A stretch of 59,780 nt of DNA, filler included, from Catajapyx aquilonaris (lineage: Eukaryota), in the NCBI GenBank assembly GCA_000934665.2. It is 3 parts of 3 records of this genome, joined end to end, with 100 filler letters (N's around TTAATTAATTAA, not from the genome) between each part and the next. Parts side by side here need not be neighbours in the genome. Positions count along the whole stretch, not along the records: positions 1 to 19,895 come from JYFJ02006377.1; positions 19,996 to 39,840 come from JYFJ02006378.1; 1 more part is not named here. One strand, given 5' to 3'. Shown here one piece after another: positions 12,900 to 22,405 of this stretch. How positions within the stretch are numbered: position 1 is the first letter of the stretch; each line of letters starts with the position of its first letter. Under the pieces are notes generated by a model. It saw only the letters and a program-made list of their open reading frames with translations. It ran no database searches and was not told where the DNA came from. Position numbers and translations under genes: made by a program.

Positions 12900-13113
12900 T
12901 GGGGAAATGGTTGAGGGATTGATTGCTGGTGCGTATCCTGCAGTTCTGCTTGTTTGGTGAGGATTGCAGTTCTACTGGCGACTCATCTGAAAACATTATG
13001 TGACTTCTCTTGATCCTGCCTGCTGCGGAATCATCAGCAAATCCTTGGTCGACAAGCCTGGTGCTAAACTTGATTCGGTCTTGAATGTTTTTAGCTGACA
13101 ACATTGGTTTCAC
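12900..13113 (-). mobile_element. Tc1/mariner transposase fragment
   Basis: KPMLSAKNIQDRIKF...IMFSDES...PNKQNCRI covers the first catalytic Asp. Confidence 0.7.
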
Positions 13114-13114
13114 A

Positions 13115-14933
13115 CAGCGCCGGCCCTAGAGCAAATGGCGCCCTGGGCGAGGGTTCAAGGAGCGCCCCCCCCCCCCACACACACACACACACACACGCAC
13201 ACAAAATAAAAACAACAAACCAAAAAAACCTCATTCCCNCACACACACACACGCACACAAAATAAAAACAACAAACCAAAAAAACCTCATTCCCACTGTC
13301 GCAAATATATTACAAACACTGTCTAAAGTATCATCTGTTTTTAGTATACGGAATTTCTGGTACAGGGAAATGTGACGTAAAAAAATTAACAAGGAAAAAT
13401 TGGGATAAAATAATACCCATTGATTTGGTTTGTGTGTATCACCACTGCACCTGAAAATGGAGCCTTCCGCTCTTTTAATTTAGCTGTGACAAAGCTTCTG
13501 AAAAGTCAATTTCGTGAGCAATTTCACTTTCTATGAAGAGCACTGCAAGTGAGGTCAGTCTGTCGTCAGCCATGGTTGATCGGAGATAAGTTTTAATTAG
13601 CTTTAACTTCGAAAAGCTGCGCTCTCCACTTGCTACTGTTACCGGCATAGTCATGAGGATTCGTAACGCCCCACCCACACGTTAGGGAATACGTCAATTG
13701 TATTAGAGTCTTTCAGGAAACTTTCTCCTGTGGCACAATTTTACACAGTTGCTTAAGTTCCTCTCATATCTCGACTCCGCCTACATCAGAATGCTCTCCA
13801 TCGGTAACAGCGCGGTGTAAGTCCATGCAGTGCGCCACGGTGTTGTCCGGAAGCACCTTGGCGTTGTAAAGAAATCCCCAAGTGTCCATGTGAGAAAACA
13901 GTTGGTCGAACCGCTCCTGCACGGACACCCGGGTAATGTCCACAAGAGGATTCAAAAAATCTCTCCTGAATACCTCCTCAGGACTGGTTGATAGCTCGCC
14001 CCCAGCACCCTCGTACTGGAACATGATCATCTTAGGGCGCTTCCTCGGTAGATTGGCGAACACAGGGTCAACGTCCATGCTTTCGGCGATCTCCTTCGCA
14101 ACCGGAACTGCACTGTCCCTGTAGGTGTTGATAAACTACAAACAGTTTTGCAGGAGTGATGTTGCCGTTGAAATATCCACTGTCTCACTCTGCATCGCCT
14201 TGCGTACAATATTCACTTGGAACAATATGTCATACCATACTGCTAGTGAAATTAAGAACTTGAAGTCGGTCAGTTGGTTTCCTAAGCACCCTGCTTCGTG
14301 TCAACTCCAGGATCAGCTTGTTGCATTTCAGAAATTTGTTGAAGGGCTTCGTAAACCTCCTCCTTTTGATAACGAACTGTCTTAACACTATCAATACGGC
14401 TCTCCCAGCGAGTAGCGCTCAATGGTTTTACTGTTAGACTTGGCACATTGTCCTTCAGGATTTGCCACCGTTGAACAGAGGCGGAAAACAAAACGTAAAT
14501 TCGCTGCAATACACCAAACAGAGTGACCGATGATGTCGTCGAAGACGCTGCATCAGAGACTACTAGGTTGAGAGAATGGCAGCCACAGGGTACGAAGGAA
14601 GCTCTAGGGTTCATTCCGAGCACTCGAGCCTGTGCGCCTTTTTTCCCCCTTCATGTTGGCACCATTATCGTACCCCTGGCGACGTCAGTCTTCAAACTTG
14701 ATGTTATTTTCTTTCAATGCTTGAAGTAGAAGTTCTGCAAGTCCTTCGCCTGATGATTCCGAAACAGACCTAAAGCCTAGAAAATGTTCTTTCACTTGGA
14801 TCAAAGTGCTATCCGTATCCACAAATCTAACAGTGAATGACATCTTCTCAGAGTGACTTATATCAGGGGTGCAGTCTAGAATTACAAAGTAATACTTCGC
14901 AAATCTGAGCTCGGATAGAATCTTATCCAACAC
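13115..14933 (-). mobile_element. hAT (ZMYM1-like) transposon, 3' two-thirds with its terminal repeat
   Basis: YFVILDCTPDISHSE, QGYDNGANM, VPCGCHSLNLV, SATRWESR, PVTVASGERSFSKLKLIKTYLRSTM; terminus CAGCGCCGGCCC at 13115; several frameshifts. Confidence 0.9.
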
Positions 14934-15089
14934 TTTATCGGGTAAATGTGCAGAAAGCTACATTCTCCCAGAATATCGGGTATATGTGCATAGATATATC
15001 GATATTTGGGATATATCCCAAGAACGATTTTCCAACGATGTAATAGTTTACTATCGTTACAATCCGAATTCACTTACCATTGATTTTGA

Positions 15090-15515
15090 TTACTCGGGGC
15101 CTGGATACAACCTCCCTGCCGCCTGGAAAAAGTGGTGAAGTCTTTCTTTATGGTTGGGGAACGCTCTTTTAAAATAAAATTCGGCATGGTAACCCGCGAA
15201 GTGTGTTTCCCTTCGACCATATCTGCAAATTTAGAATCCAAATTTTTTAAAAAAATTACACGCTACCGTAGTTATTTTTAACATATATTTTACGCACCTT
15301 GGTATTTTTGATCGGACTTCTCGCCAGGTTCGCTCGATATTCTGGGTGTGAGCCCCAGTATCAGGATCGACGAAATTGTAAGTGTGGTTAACTGTTAGAT
15401 GCTTAAATCCCTTGTTTTTCAAACAATTGTGTGATTTCCTACAATCACTATAAATTATGCTGCCTGGTTTCACATATTTTTTGATAGCCTTCAATAGTGT
15501 CCCTGCTGATCTATT
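15090..15515 (-). mobile_element. Merlin (ISXO2/IS1595-like) transposase C-terminal fragment with an intron; exons 15298-15515 and 15090-15222
   Basis: NRSAGTLL..I..YVKPGSIIYSD...HLTVNH..NFVDPDTGAHTQNIERTW, spliced in frame to YGRRETHFAGYHAEFYFKR...LYPGPE*. Confidence 0.85.
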
Positions 15516-15517
15516 AT

Positions 15518-15686
15518 GTGGCTTGTGATCCGTGATAATAGTCACATGGCGTTCGTATATGTATGCATGGAACCGTCGGACACCGAAAAGAATCGCGAGT
15601 GCCTCCTTGTCGATCTGAGCCAGGTTACGTTCAGCCGACGTCATTACTCGCGAGGCGAAAGCAACAGGTCGTTCCTTCCCGTCCAT
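15518..15686 (-). mobile_element. Gypsy pol RNase H fragment
   Basis: DGKERPVAFASRVMTSAERNLAQIDKEALAILFGVRRFHAYIY...ITDHKP. Confidence 0.9.
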
Positions 15687-15846
15687 AAATTGTGGTGTTC
15701 GTCCATTCCCATAACGTGTCTGCCTTCAACAGCTCTCGGAGTGGCTGCACTTCATCCGACAGGTGAGGTATGTACCTCGACAAGTAGTTCACCATCTCGA
15801 GGAAGCCCCCTCGGTGTGGGTTCCTGTCCGTGGTGAGGGGACCACC

Positions 15847-16539
15847 CTACTGGGGATAGGTAATGTTAAAATAATGTTTAAAATAAAGGAGTTGTAGCTT
15901 TGGTATCAATTCCCGTAGGAAAAGATCATCACGTTCTACGCTAATAAGGACGCTGCCAAATGGAGAATATACATACAATGCACACTTCCTCAGTCCGGTT
16001 ACGTACAGACTCTCCTGCACCTGAGTGTAATAGGTATGAGTTTTAATCGATTGAAAACCTTGATCACCCCTTTTCAGGTACTCAACAACTGGAATATTAT
16101 CTGAGGATATGACAGGGCAATCCTTGGCTCGGATTGGGCATTTGATTTCAAGTAACTGTAGCTCGCCCTGTGACTCATAACACCCATCTGGTGAGAAGCA
16201 CAGCCATGGTTGTTCCAACATTACTAACACGCCACAAAGGTATACCCTGGACTTAGTAACATGCTCAAATTCACACCGAGCCACAGACTCGTGTTTCAGG
16301 CCATACCTTATGGCTTCCGAGCTGATATGCCTATGACTAATCAGAGATCTAGCAAGATTATCGTGGCTGTCCCTCCTCGTCCAAATGCGGCGAGTCTTGG
16401 TGGCTGAAATGCGTTTGTCCCTAACCTCCACCCATTCAGTACAGCTTCTTTGAGACACAGTATTTTTAAATATGCTGTCGCACTCACTTTCAGACACTTC
16501 TACTTTGCACTCATACAATTTTTTTTGTTCGTCATTCAA
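15847..16539 (-). CDS. YqaJ-like (lambda exonuclease family) recombinase domain, transposon-associated, probably partial
   Basis: W...R..RISAT, YGLKHE..A, PWLCFSPDG, LEIKCP and YYTQVQ motifs in an uninterrupted 230-codon ORF. Confidence 0.8.
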   Translation of the reverse strand: MNDEQKKLYECKVEVSESECDSIFKNTVSQRSCTEWVEVRDKRISATKTRRIWTRRDSHDNLARSLISHRHISSEAIRYGLKHESVARCEFEHVTKSRVYLCGVLVMLEQPWLCFSPDGCYESQGELQLLEIKCPIRAKDCPVISSDNIPVVEYLKRGDQGFQSIKTHTYYTQVQESLYVTGLRKCALYVYSPFGSVLISVERDDLFLRELIPKLQLLYFKHYFNITYPQ

Positions 16540-16819
16540 GCCATCACTAGCGGGATGTACTCACCTCCTGAGCTTCATACCTGACTCTGTTGGGATGGTT
16601 TTATACATAGCATAGATATCATGCCTTCTCTTATTCTGAACCTGGCTCAAAACTTGCATTGCCCTTCTCTTCACTTTTGCACACTGCGTCTTGGATCAAT
16701 GCACTTAACATAACACTGCAAACTTGCTCACTCTCATTTTATTTTCGTTGCCAGCTTTCCGTCCGGTCCAGTTCATTCAGTTTTTCACCACCACGTGGCG
16801 CAAGTGAAAAGGAATAGCA

Positions 16820-16885
16820 TCATCCTGCATTCCATACTACCCGGCGAACAACGCTGTTCGCCGGGTAGTATGGAATGCAGGATGA
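16820..16885. repeat. Perfect 31-bp inverted repeat with a 4-nt loop
   Basis: TCATCCTGCATTCCATACTACCCGGCGAACA-ACGC-TGTTCGCCGGGTAGTATGGAATGCAGGATGA. Confidence 0.95.
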
Positions 16886-17326
16886 ATCTGTATCCGGAGA
16901 GTTCGACCCCGTGACAATTTCGCTACCGGCAGTTCCGCTGGTGACGCCCGGGGAATCGTTTGGAATGCTGCTCCTATTGACATTAATCCCTGATCTAGGA
17001 ATGTCGTCATATTCCACACCAAGATAGGACTTGTGACAACTGCAGGTATCTTTTCACCTTCAGTGGTCACATGTACAAGAGTCCTCACCCAAACAACTGA
17101 CTTCCACCAAAAAAACAACAATGTGACACCTTTTCCAACTCCAATTTTCAAATATGCACCTTCAAACCAATAATAATTCAGGTATCATAGGCGCACAATT
17201 GAGAATCCCATTCCCACCGATGCACACATACATGGTGTAATGTCATATTTACTAAGTTGCAATCTAGGGAGTATGTGACCCACAAGTTTGTCAGTTACTG
17301 TGATAAATTTTATTCTGGTCGCTTAC

Positions 17327-18505
17327 CTTCCAGAGGGTGATGACTCTCTCGCTTGTGCTATCGGATATGATGCCTGGAAGGTGGCTTGGTAACTTATCCA
17401 GCAGTGTGTCACGGCCCTTTCCTGTAGGTGAAAAATAAATTTGAGTTCACATGCTCCACAAAGGACTTTCAACACCATCTCAAAGTTTCTTACCTGACAA
17501 CGTGCTCCACTCCGTTTTGCCCTTCAGCCCAGAAGTGGTAAAAAATCTGATGTGGATGCCACATTTTCCAATAGGACCGGCAAGTTTCTGTAGTACTGTT
17601 TCATCCACTGAAGATAATTTCTTCGTTTCATTGTCCTTGTCCATTTCTTCGCATTCAAAGACAAGGTTCTCTATCAGACGGTCCACGATCCTCGTCTTCA
17701 TGTGGAGTGTGTCCACCACAATAGCCTGCGGCTCCACATGGAAAATTGGCAAATGTTTCACACCAGACGTCTCAGTTACATAGTAATTTTTCATATTGGA
17801 GAGACTTCTTTTGTGCGGAACAGTCGCACTTGGGCAGGTCATCCACAGGCAATCACTTGTCACAGTACAGTACATACACGGATGCTTGCTATTGGCACTT
17901 TTTAAACCAGCCACAATCAGGAGAAATTTCATGTCCCCTCCGAGTACTATTTTCATCTTCACAAACCGGTCGACAGGATTCCTTAACCAAACTCCTCCAT
18001 CTGCAATTATTTTGTTCACTTCTTCTGCCAATAAAGTGGTGGCTTCTTTCACTGCTGAATAATTTTCACTGTGTTCCATGATCATGATAGTTTTGTGTGT
18101 TTTCACAGATTGCATGTTTGTTGAGCCGTCTAAAACAAAATTCACTGCTGTCCAGTTCAGTCCATAGTTGTTCATTCTGACACCATCACCTTCCAGTTTC
18201 AGAGTAATGGTTTCTTCCCTTCCGACCATGTTCTTGTGGGCACATAGCTCTTCCACCGAATCGACAACAATCTTCATCACTGAATCTACAGTTGCTCCTG
18301 CAACTCTGCCCCTTAACAATGAGATATTATATTATTGGTCCACATATTCCTGACACGATTGCAGCAAGGACCACTTTGGAATTTGGGACATGGAGTTCAA
18401 TGATTTCCAGGCATTTTGGCTTATGTGGCAGCTCTGCTGAATGTGCAAGAAGATGAAAACTAGATTCTTTTGATCGGGCGTCAATGAGGCAAAATCAGAG
18501 GTTCC
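17327..18505 (-). mobile_element. RAG1-like (Transib/Chapaev-related) transposase fragment with an intron at 17422-17493
   Basis: LKLEGDG, SENY, LGGDMKFL..VAGL.SANSKHPCMYC, VVDTLHM..RI.DRL, WSTLSG; upstream frameshift near 18330. Confidence 0.65.
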
Positions 18506-18539
18506 TGCTATATACAAATTGGGCTTCCCCTTATAGACA

Positions 18540-19080
18540 CGGTCCCCTTTGCTGGGTTTAGAGCATAAGTAGCATTTCCCCCTCTAGGCCGGCCACCAGG
18601 GCCGTGGCTACCGTAGAGGAACGGCGGGCCACCCGTGTCATCAGTCCGAAGACTATGCCCCGGAAGGTGTGGGCCGGGTGCAGACTGGACGGGGTGACGT
18701 AGGCCCGGAGGGCCGTCGGCTTTGTGTAGTGCGCTAGCTGGCTTTTTCCAGAAAGAGTCGGGCGTCCAAATAAGAGACGTCCGTGGCAGCTCCCTCATTG
18801 GTCACCGTGAGACGTCGGCGACTTCGGACCAGGGAGATTTATTCCTCCACGGTGCCTGGGTGTGCCACCAGAAGCACGTCATCTAGGTTCCGGATCAGGG
18901 TGTGGACGGCGGGACCCTGGGCTTCCAGGAAGTCCGCGTCAACCTTCGCTAGGTAGACATCCGCTAGTAACGGGCTGCAGCTGCTTCCCATTTTCACCCC
19001 ACAGAGCTGCTGGAACAGCCGGTCCCCAAGCCAGAAGTAGCCGGTGTAACGGGCGAAACGTACCCCGGGCGAAATGTACC
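18540..19080 (-). mobile_element. Penelope-like reverse transcriptase fragment
   Basis: FQQLCGVKMGSSCSPLLADVYL...IRNLDDVL, then VSYLD, YTKPT and SLHPAHTFRGIVFG; GC-rich relative to its neighbours. Confidence 0.75.
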
Positions 19081-19895
19081 TCACCTGCGTAACTGATCCT
19101 GATGCAACGGGGAGCGGGGGGTACAAATAGCCCAGGCGATTCTTACCGCACCTGAATAACTGAACCTAATCGAAGGTGGAGAGCTGACCATGATTTTTGC
19201 ATAACGCATTTCTTGAGTGGATATGTAGCGAAAAAGCATATCCATGCGATGAATGGCAAGATAACTTATTAACAGCAAAATTGCTTCCGGGACCTGAAAG
19301 CGATTTTACACGTCTGAAAGACTGAGGAAATTAGATGTGGCCATCTAAGACTCTACTTCATAATCTGCGGTGTATGGAAAAGGTTGTGAGGTTGTGAAGG
19401 GTGTACTGCATGCGTTGCCTTTGCACAGGGGTTCTGCCCAAACAATAATGGAGGAAATAACTGACAAGGTGCATGTGACAGATGTTGGATGTCACACTCA
19501 TTGGTACGCAATATTGAAATAATGCATCACTAAATTTTACGTAACTGTAAGGGTTCATATATTCGTACAACAGGTCAATAGTACGTTCACAATGGTGAAG
19601 TCAACAACACGACCGTATAGGTCAAACAAGCTGTCTAAAATGTAAAGCTAATGCCAGGTGTGACTTACATGATACTCGTCAGTTCTTCCATAACTTTTCA
19701 CATTTTTTGCACGAACTTAGAATTTTAGGAAAGGGTGTTTAATAAGAAACAGGCTGTCCATATGTAATGTGTTAAGTAATGTTTTAATGTTAACAGATTG
19801 TAACCGTATACGTTACAAAAACGATAGTGGGTTCATCGCTCAATACAGATCTTTATTGTGTACGAGTGTACAGAGATATACGGGAAAAGAAAGGG

Positions 19896-19995
19896 NNNNN
19901 NNNNNNNNNNNNNNNNNNNNNNNNNNNNNNNNNNNNNNNTTAATTAATTAANNNNNNNNNNNNNNNNNNNNNNNNNNNNNNNNNNNNNNNNNNNN
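19896..19995. other. Artificial contig linker
   Basis: 44 N + TTAATTAATTAA (stop codons in all six frames) + 44 N. Confidence 0.97.
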
Positions 19996-20027
19996 GGGAT
20001 AGGAAAATCCCGCCTCTGCATAACTAA

Positions 20028-20045
20028 CGCCGCCATTTTGATGGC
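20028..20045. promoter_or_regulatory. YY1/Pho-like site upstream of the first zinc-finger gene
   Basis: CGCCGCCATTTTG; similar sites at 22111 and 23399 lie upstream of the next two genes. Confidence 0.5.
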
Positions 20046-20464
20046 AGGCCAAATTTGGCCGCTAGGGGCGTGCAACTGGAAAGTCATCAATTGAGTGTTT
20101 GGCTGTTGTTGACTTCACTTACGTTGCAGGACTGGTTGAATTTGATTGCTGGAACTAGTACGGTATCGGGAAGCCCGAGGAAGGCAGCGGACTTGAACTG
20201 GGAGGTAATTATCAGTTGTAAGGGCCAAATGAAGGCTTGGTTTGTATCAAGTGCCAGGTAATTTTCAAATAATTGAATTGTTTTGTGGTATGTTCTGCTT
20301 AGTGACAAAGTTCAGAGTAAGTTTATGATTGCAGTCATAACATCTGGGGCATGGAGGTTATCTGCAGGATGAAGATGGCATGAGAAATGTCTTGAAAACG
20401 TTGCAACTACCACTAAATCATGATCAGCTGTAAGTTTAAAGTCTGATCCTGCCTTTCCAGAATC

Positions 20465-21946
20465 ATGTCGTTCGAAGTAGTGGATATCAAGGTTGAGGAC
20501 CCGGAGGACATCACTACGGAGCAAGCTTGGATGTTGCAGTTCAAGCAAGAAACTGAGGAAACGCCGCAGCATGTGGAGCGGGAAGTGGCATCAAGTGGAG
20601 ATGCTGCCATGGTTGAGGTTAAGATGGAGCCAACTGAGGAAGAGGCTGTGATGACAATCCCGGAAAGTACGGAGGTCGCCTATGATCCACTTCACATGGC
20701 AGTTGGTGGAACATCCCAATTGAATGAGTCGATATCACTTCAGAACTTGGCCGGTGCTGATAGTTTGAACCAAAGCTTACCCAGTGAAACGTCTTCAATG
20801 TTGTATAATATTCTGAAGCAGTCTGATCAATCCAAGGAAACCCAAAATGATGAGAATGTTTGGGATTTGTGCGGTGAAGAGTTTTCATTTGCGAGTGATT
20901 TATCGAAGCACAAGAAGGTCCATTCTAATGCGAATTTATTGGCTTGCACATTTGACTCTGAATCATTTCCTGAGAAGCATTTCTTAACTTCACACATGAA
21001 AGGTCATACCAGTGAAGGTCCATTTAATTGTGATGTATGTGGTAAAAGTTACACTAGCCAAGGAGAGTTAACTGCACACAGGGGGACGCATGCAGGAGGG
21101 AAATCTCATATGTGCAAAGTGTGCCAAGAGATATTTCCTACCAAATATCGCTTAGAACAACATGAGATGGTACATGCTGGTGCGAAGCTATACTCTTGTG
21201 ATATATGTTCAAAAAGTTTCTCAGCCAAAGGGTATTTAAGTTCACACAGGAGGATACACACGGGTGAGAGGCCTTACTCGTGTAATGTGTGCCAAAAGTC
21301 TTTTAAAAGCAAAAGTGAAGTGTGGCAGCATCAGGTTGTTCACTTTGGTGTGAGGATGTACACTTGTGATTTATGCGAGAAACAGTTTGCGTACCTGAGG
21401 GATTTAAAGGCTCACAGAAAGAAACACGCAGGCGAGAGACCTTACGAATGTAATCTGTGCCCGAAATCATTTCCGACTCAACCACAGTTAAGTCAGCATA
21501 TGATTTCACACACTGATGAGTTACCATACGCATGTGAGTTTTGCGATCAGAAGTTTGCCCATAAGCCAAGTTTGATTTCACACACGGGTGTACATACAAG
21601 TGAGAAACCTGTTGCATGCAGCGAGTGCCAAATGTCCTTTGTAACTCGAGATTGTTTGGTTCAACATGAGATGACACATGCTGGTGAGAAGCTATACGAG
21701 TGCGCATTTTGTGCTAAGAAATTTACACGTACGAACAATTTAAAACGGCATATACAGACCCACACTGGTCAAAACCCATACATGTGTGATAAGTGCAGAA
21801 GGACATTTCCATCCAAAGGTGACTTATATCAGCACAAGAGAACTCACTCGGACGAGAAGCACGAGTTCACGTGTTATGTGTGTGACAATTATTTTGAATC
21901 TTACGAGTTGTTATGCAATCATATAAAAAACAAAGCCTGCAAGTGA
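20465..21946 (+). CDS. C2H2 zinc-finger protein, 493 aa, acidic N-terminus and about 12 fingers
   Basis: Tandem CxxC...HxxxH fingers with TGERPY-type linkers; splice acceptor TTTCCAG directly before the ATG. Confidence 0.93.
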   Translation: MSFEVVDIKVEDPEDITTEQAWMLQFKQETEETPQHVEREVASSGDAAMVEVKMEPTEEEAVMTIPESTEVAYDPLHMAVGGTSQLNESISLQNLAGADSLNQSLPSETSSMLYNILKQSDQSKETQNDENVWDLCGEEFSFASDLSKHKKVHSNANLLACTFDSESFPEKHFLTSHMKGHTSEGPFNCDVCGKSYTSQGELTAHRGTHAGGKSHMCKVCQEIFPTKYRLEQHEMVHAGAKLYSCDICSKSFSAKGYLSSHRRIHTGERPYSCNVCQKSFKSKSEVWQHQVVHFGVRMYTCDLCEKQFAYLRDLKAHRKKHAGERPYECNLCPKSFPTQPQLSQHMISHTDELPYACEFCDQKFAHKPSLISHTGVHTSEKPVACSECQMSFVTRDCLVQHEMTHAGEKLYECAFCAKKFTRTNNLKRHIQTHTGQNPYMCDKCRRTFPSKGDLYQHKRTHSDEKHEFTCYVCDNYFESYELLCNHIKNKACK

Positions 21947-22405
21947 AAATGTAGCTCAAAAGTCAGTACAAAAATAATACATTGCAGCTTATCCAGTAAT
22001 ATTCCTGTAATTTTCTGCATTATTCTCTGATAGCCGTTAAGGTCGCTGTTCTTCCCCGTTATACGCGATCACCGTAGCTGTAGTGACCAGCAGCTACGTG
22101 ATTCGGCCCTCGCCGCCATTTTTGAAAGATGGCGCCTTTCACTTGGAAAATGATAAAGAAGGACAATTTGATGATTTTGTTTGATGTTTGTGGCTGTCGT
22201 TGACTGCTCGTACGCTGCAGGACTGGTTGAATTTGATTGCAGGAGTTGGGACGACATTGTGAAGACTGGGCTTCACCTGGCAGGTAATTATTAGATGTAA
22301 GAGCATGTAAGAGGCACATGAAGGCTTTCCTACACTACAAAGTGTGATCGGCAGTAAGTTTAAATTCTGATCCTGCTTTTCCAGAATCATGTTCGAGCAG
22401 TGGAT

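Noticed and set aside
13177..13294. Tandem duplication of about 55 bp with a CA repeat
   Set aside because: The copies meet at an N, so it is probably an assembly overlap artefact
250..18040. Possible depletion of plus-strand AATAAA, as might be expected for a long precursor transcript
   Set aside because: AATAAA occurs repeatedly on the plus strand (near 257, 1880, 2059, 8235, 11551, 15173), so this gives no support to the piRNA hypothesis
15..19092. Plus-strand ORFs in piece 1, such as 1344-1712, 4389-4862 and 18862-19092
   Set aside because: They are antisense shadows of minus-strand coding fragments and show no recognisable motifs
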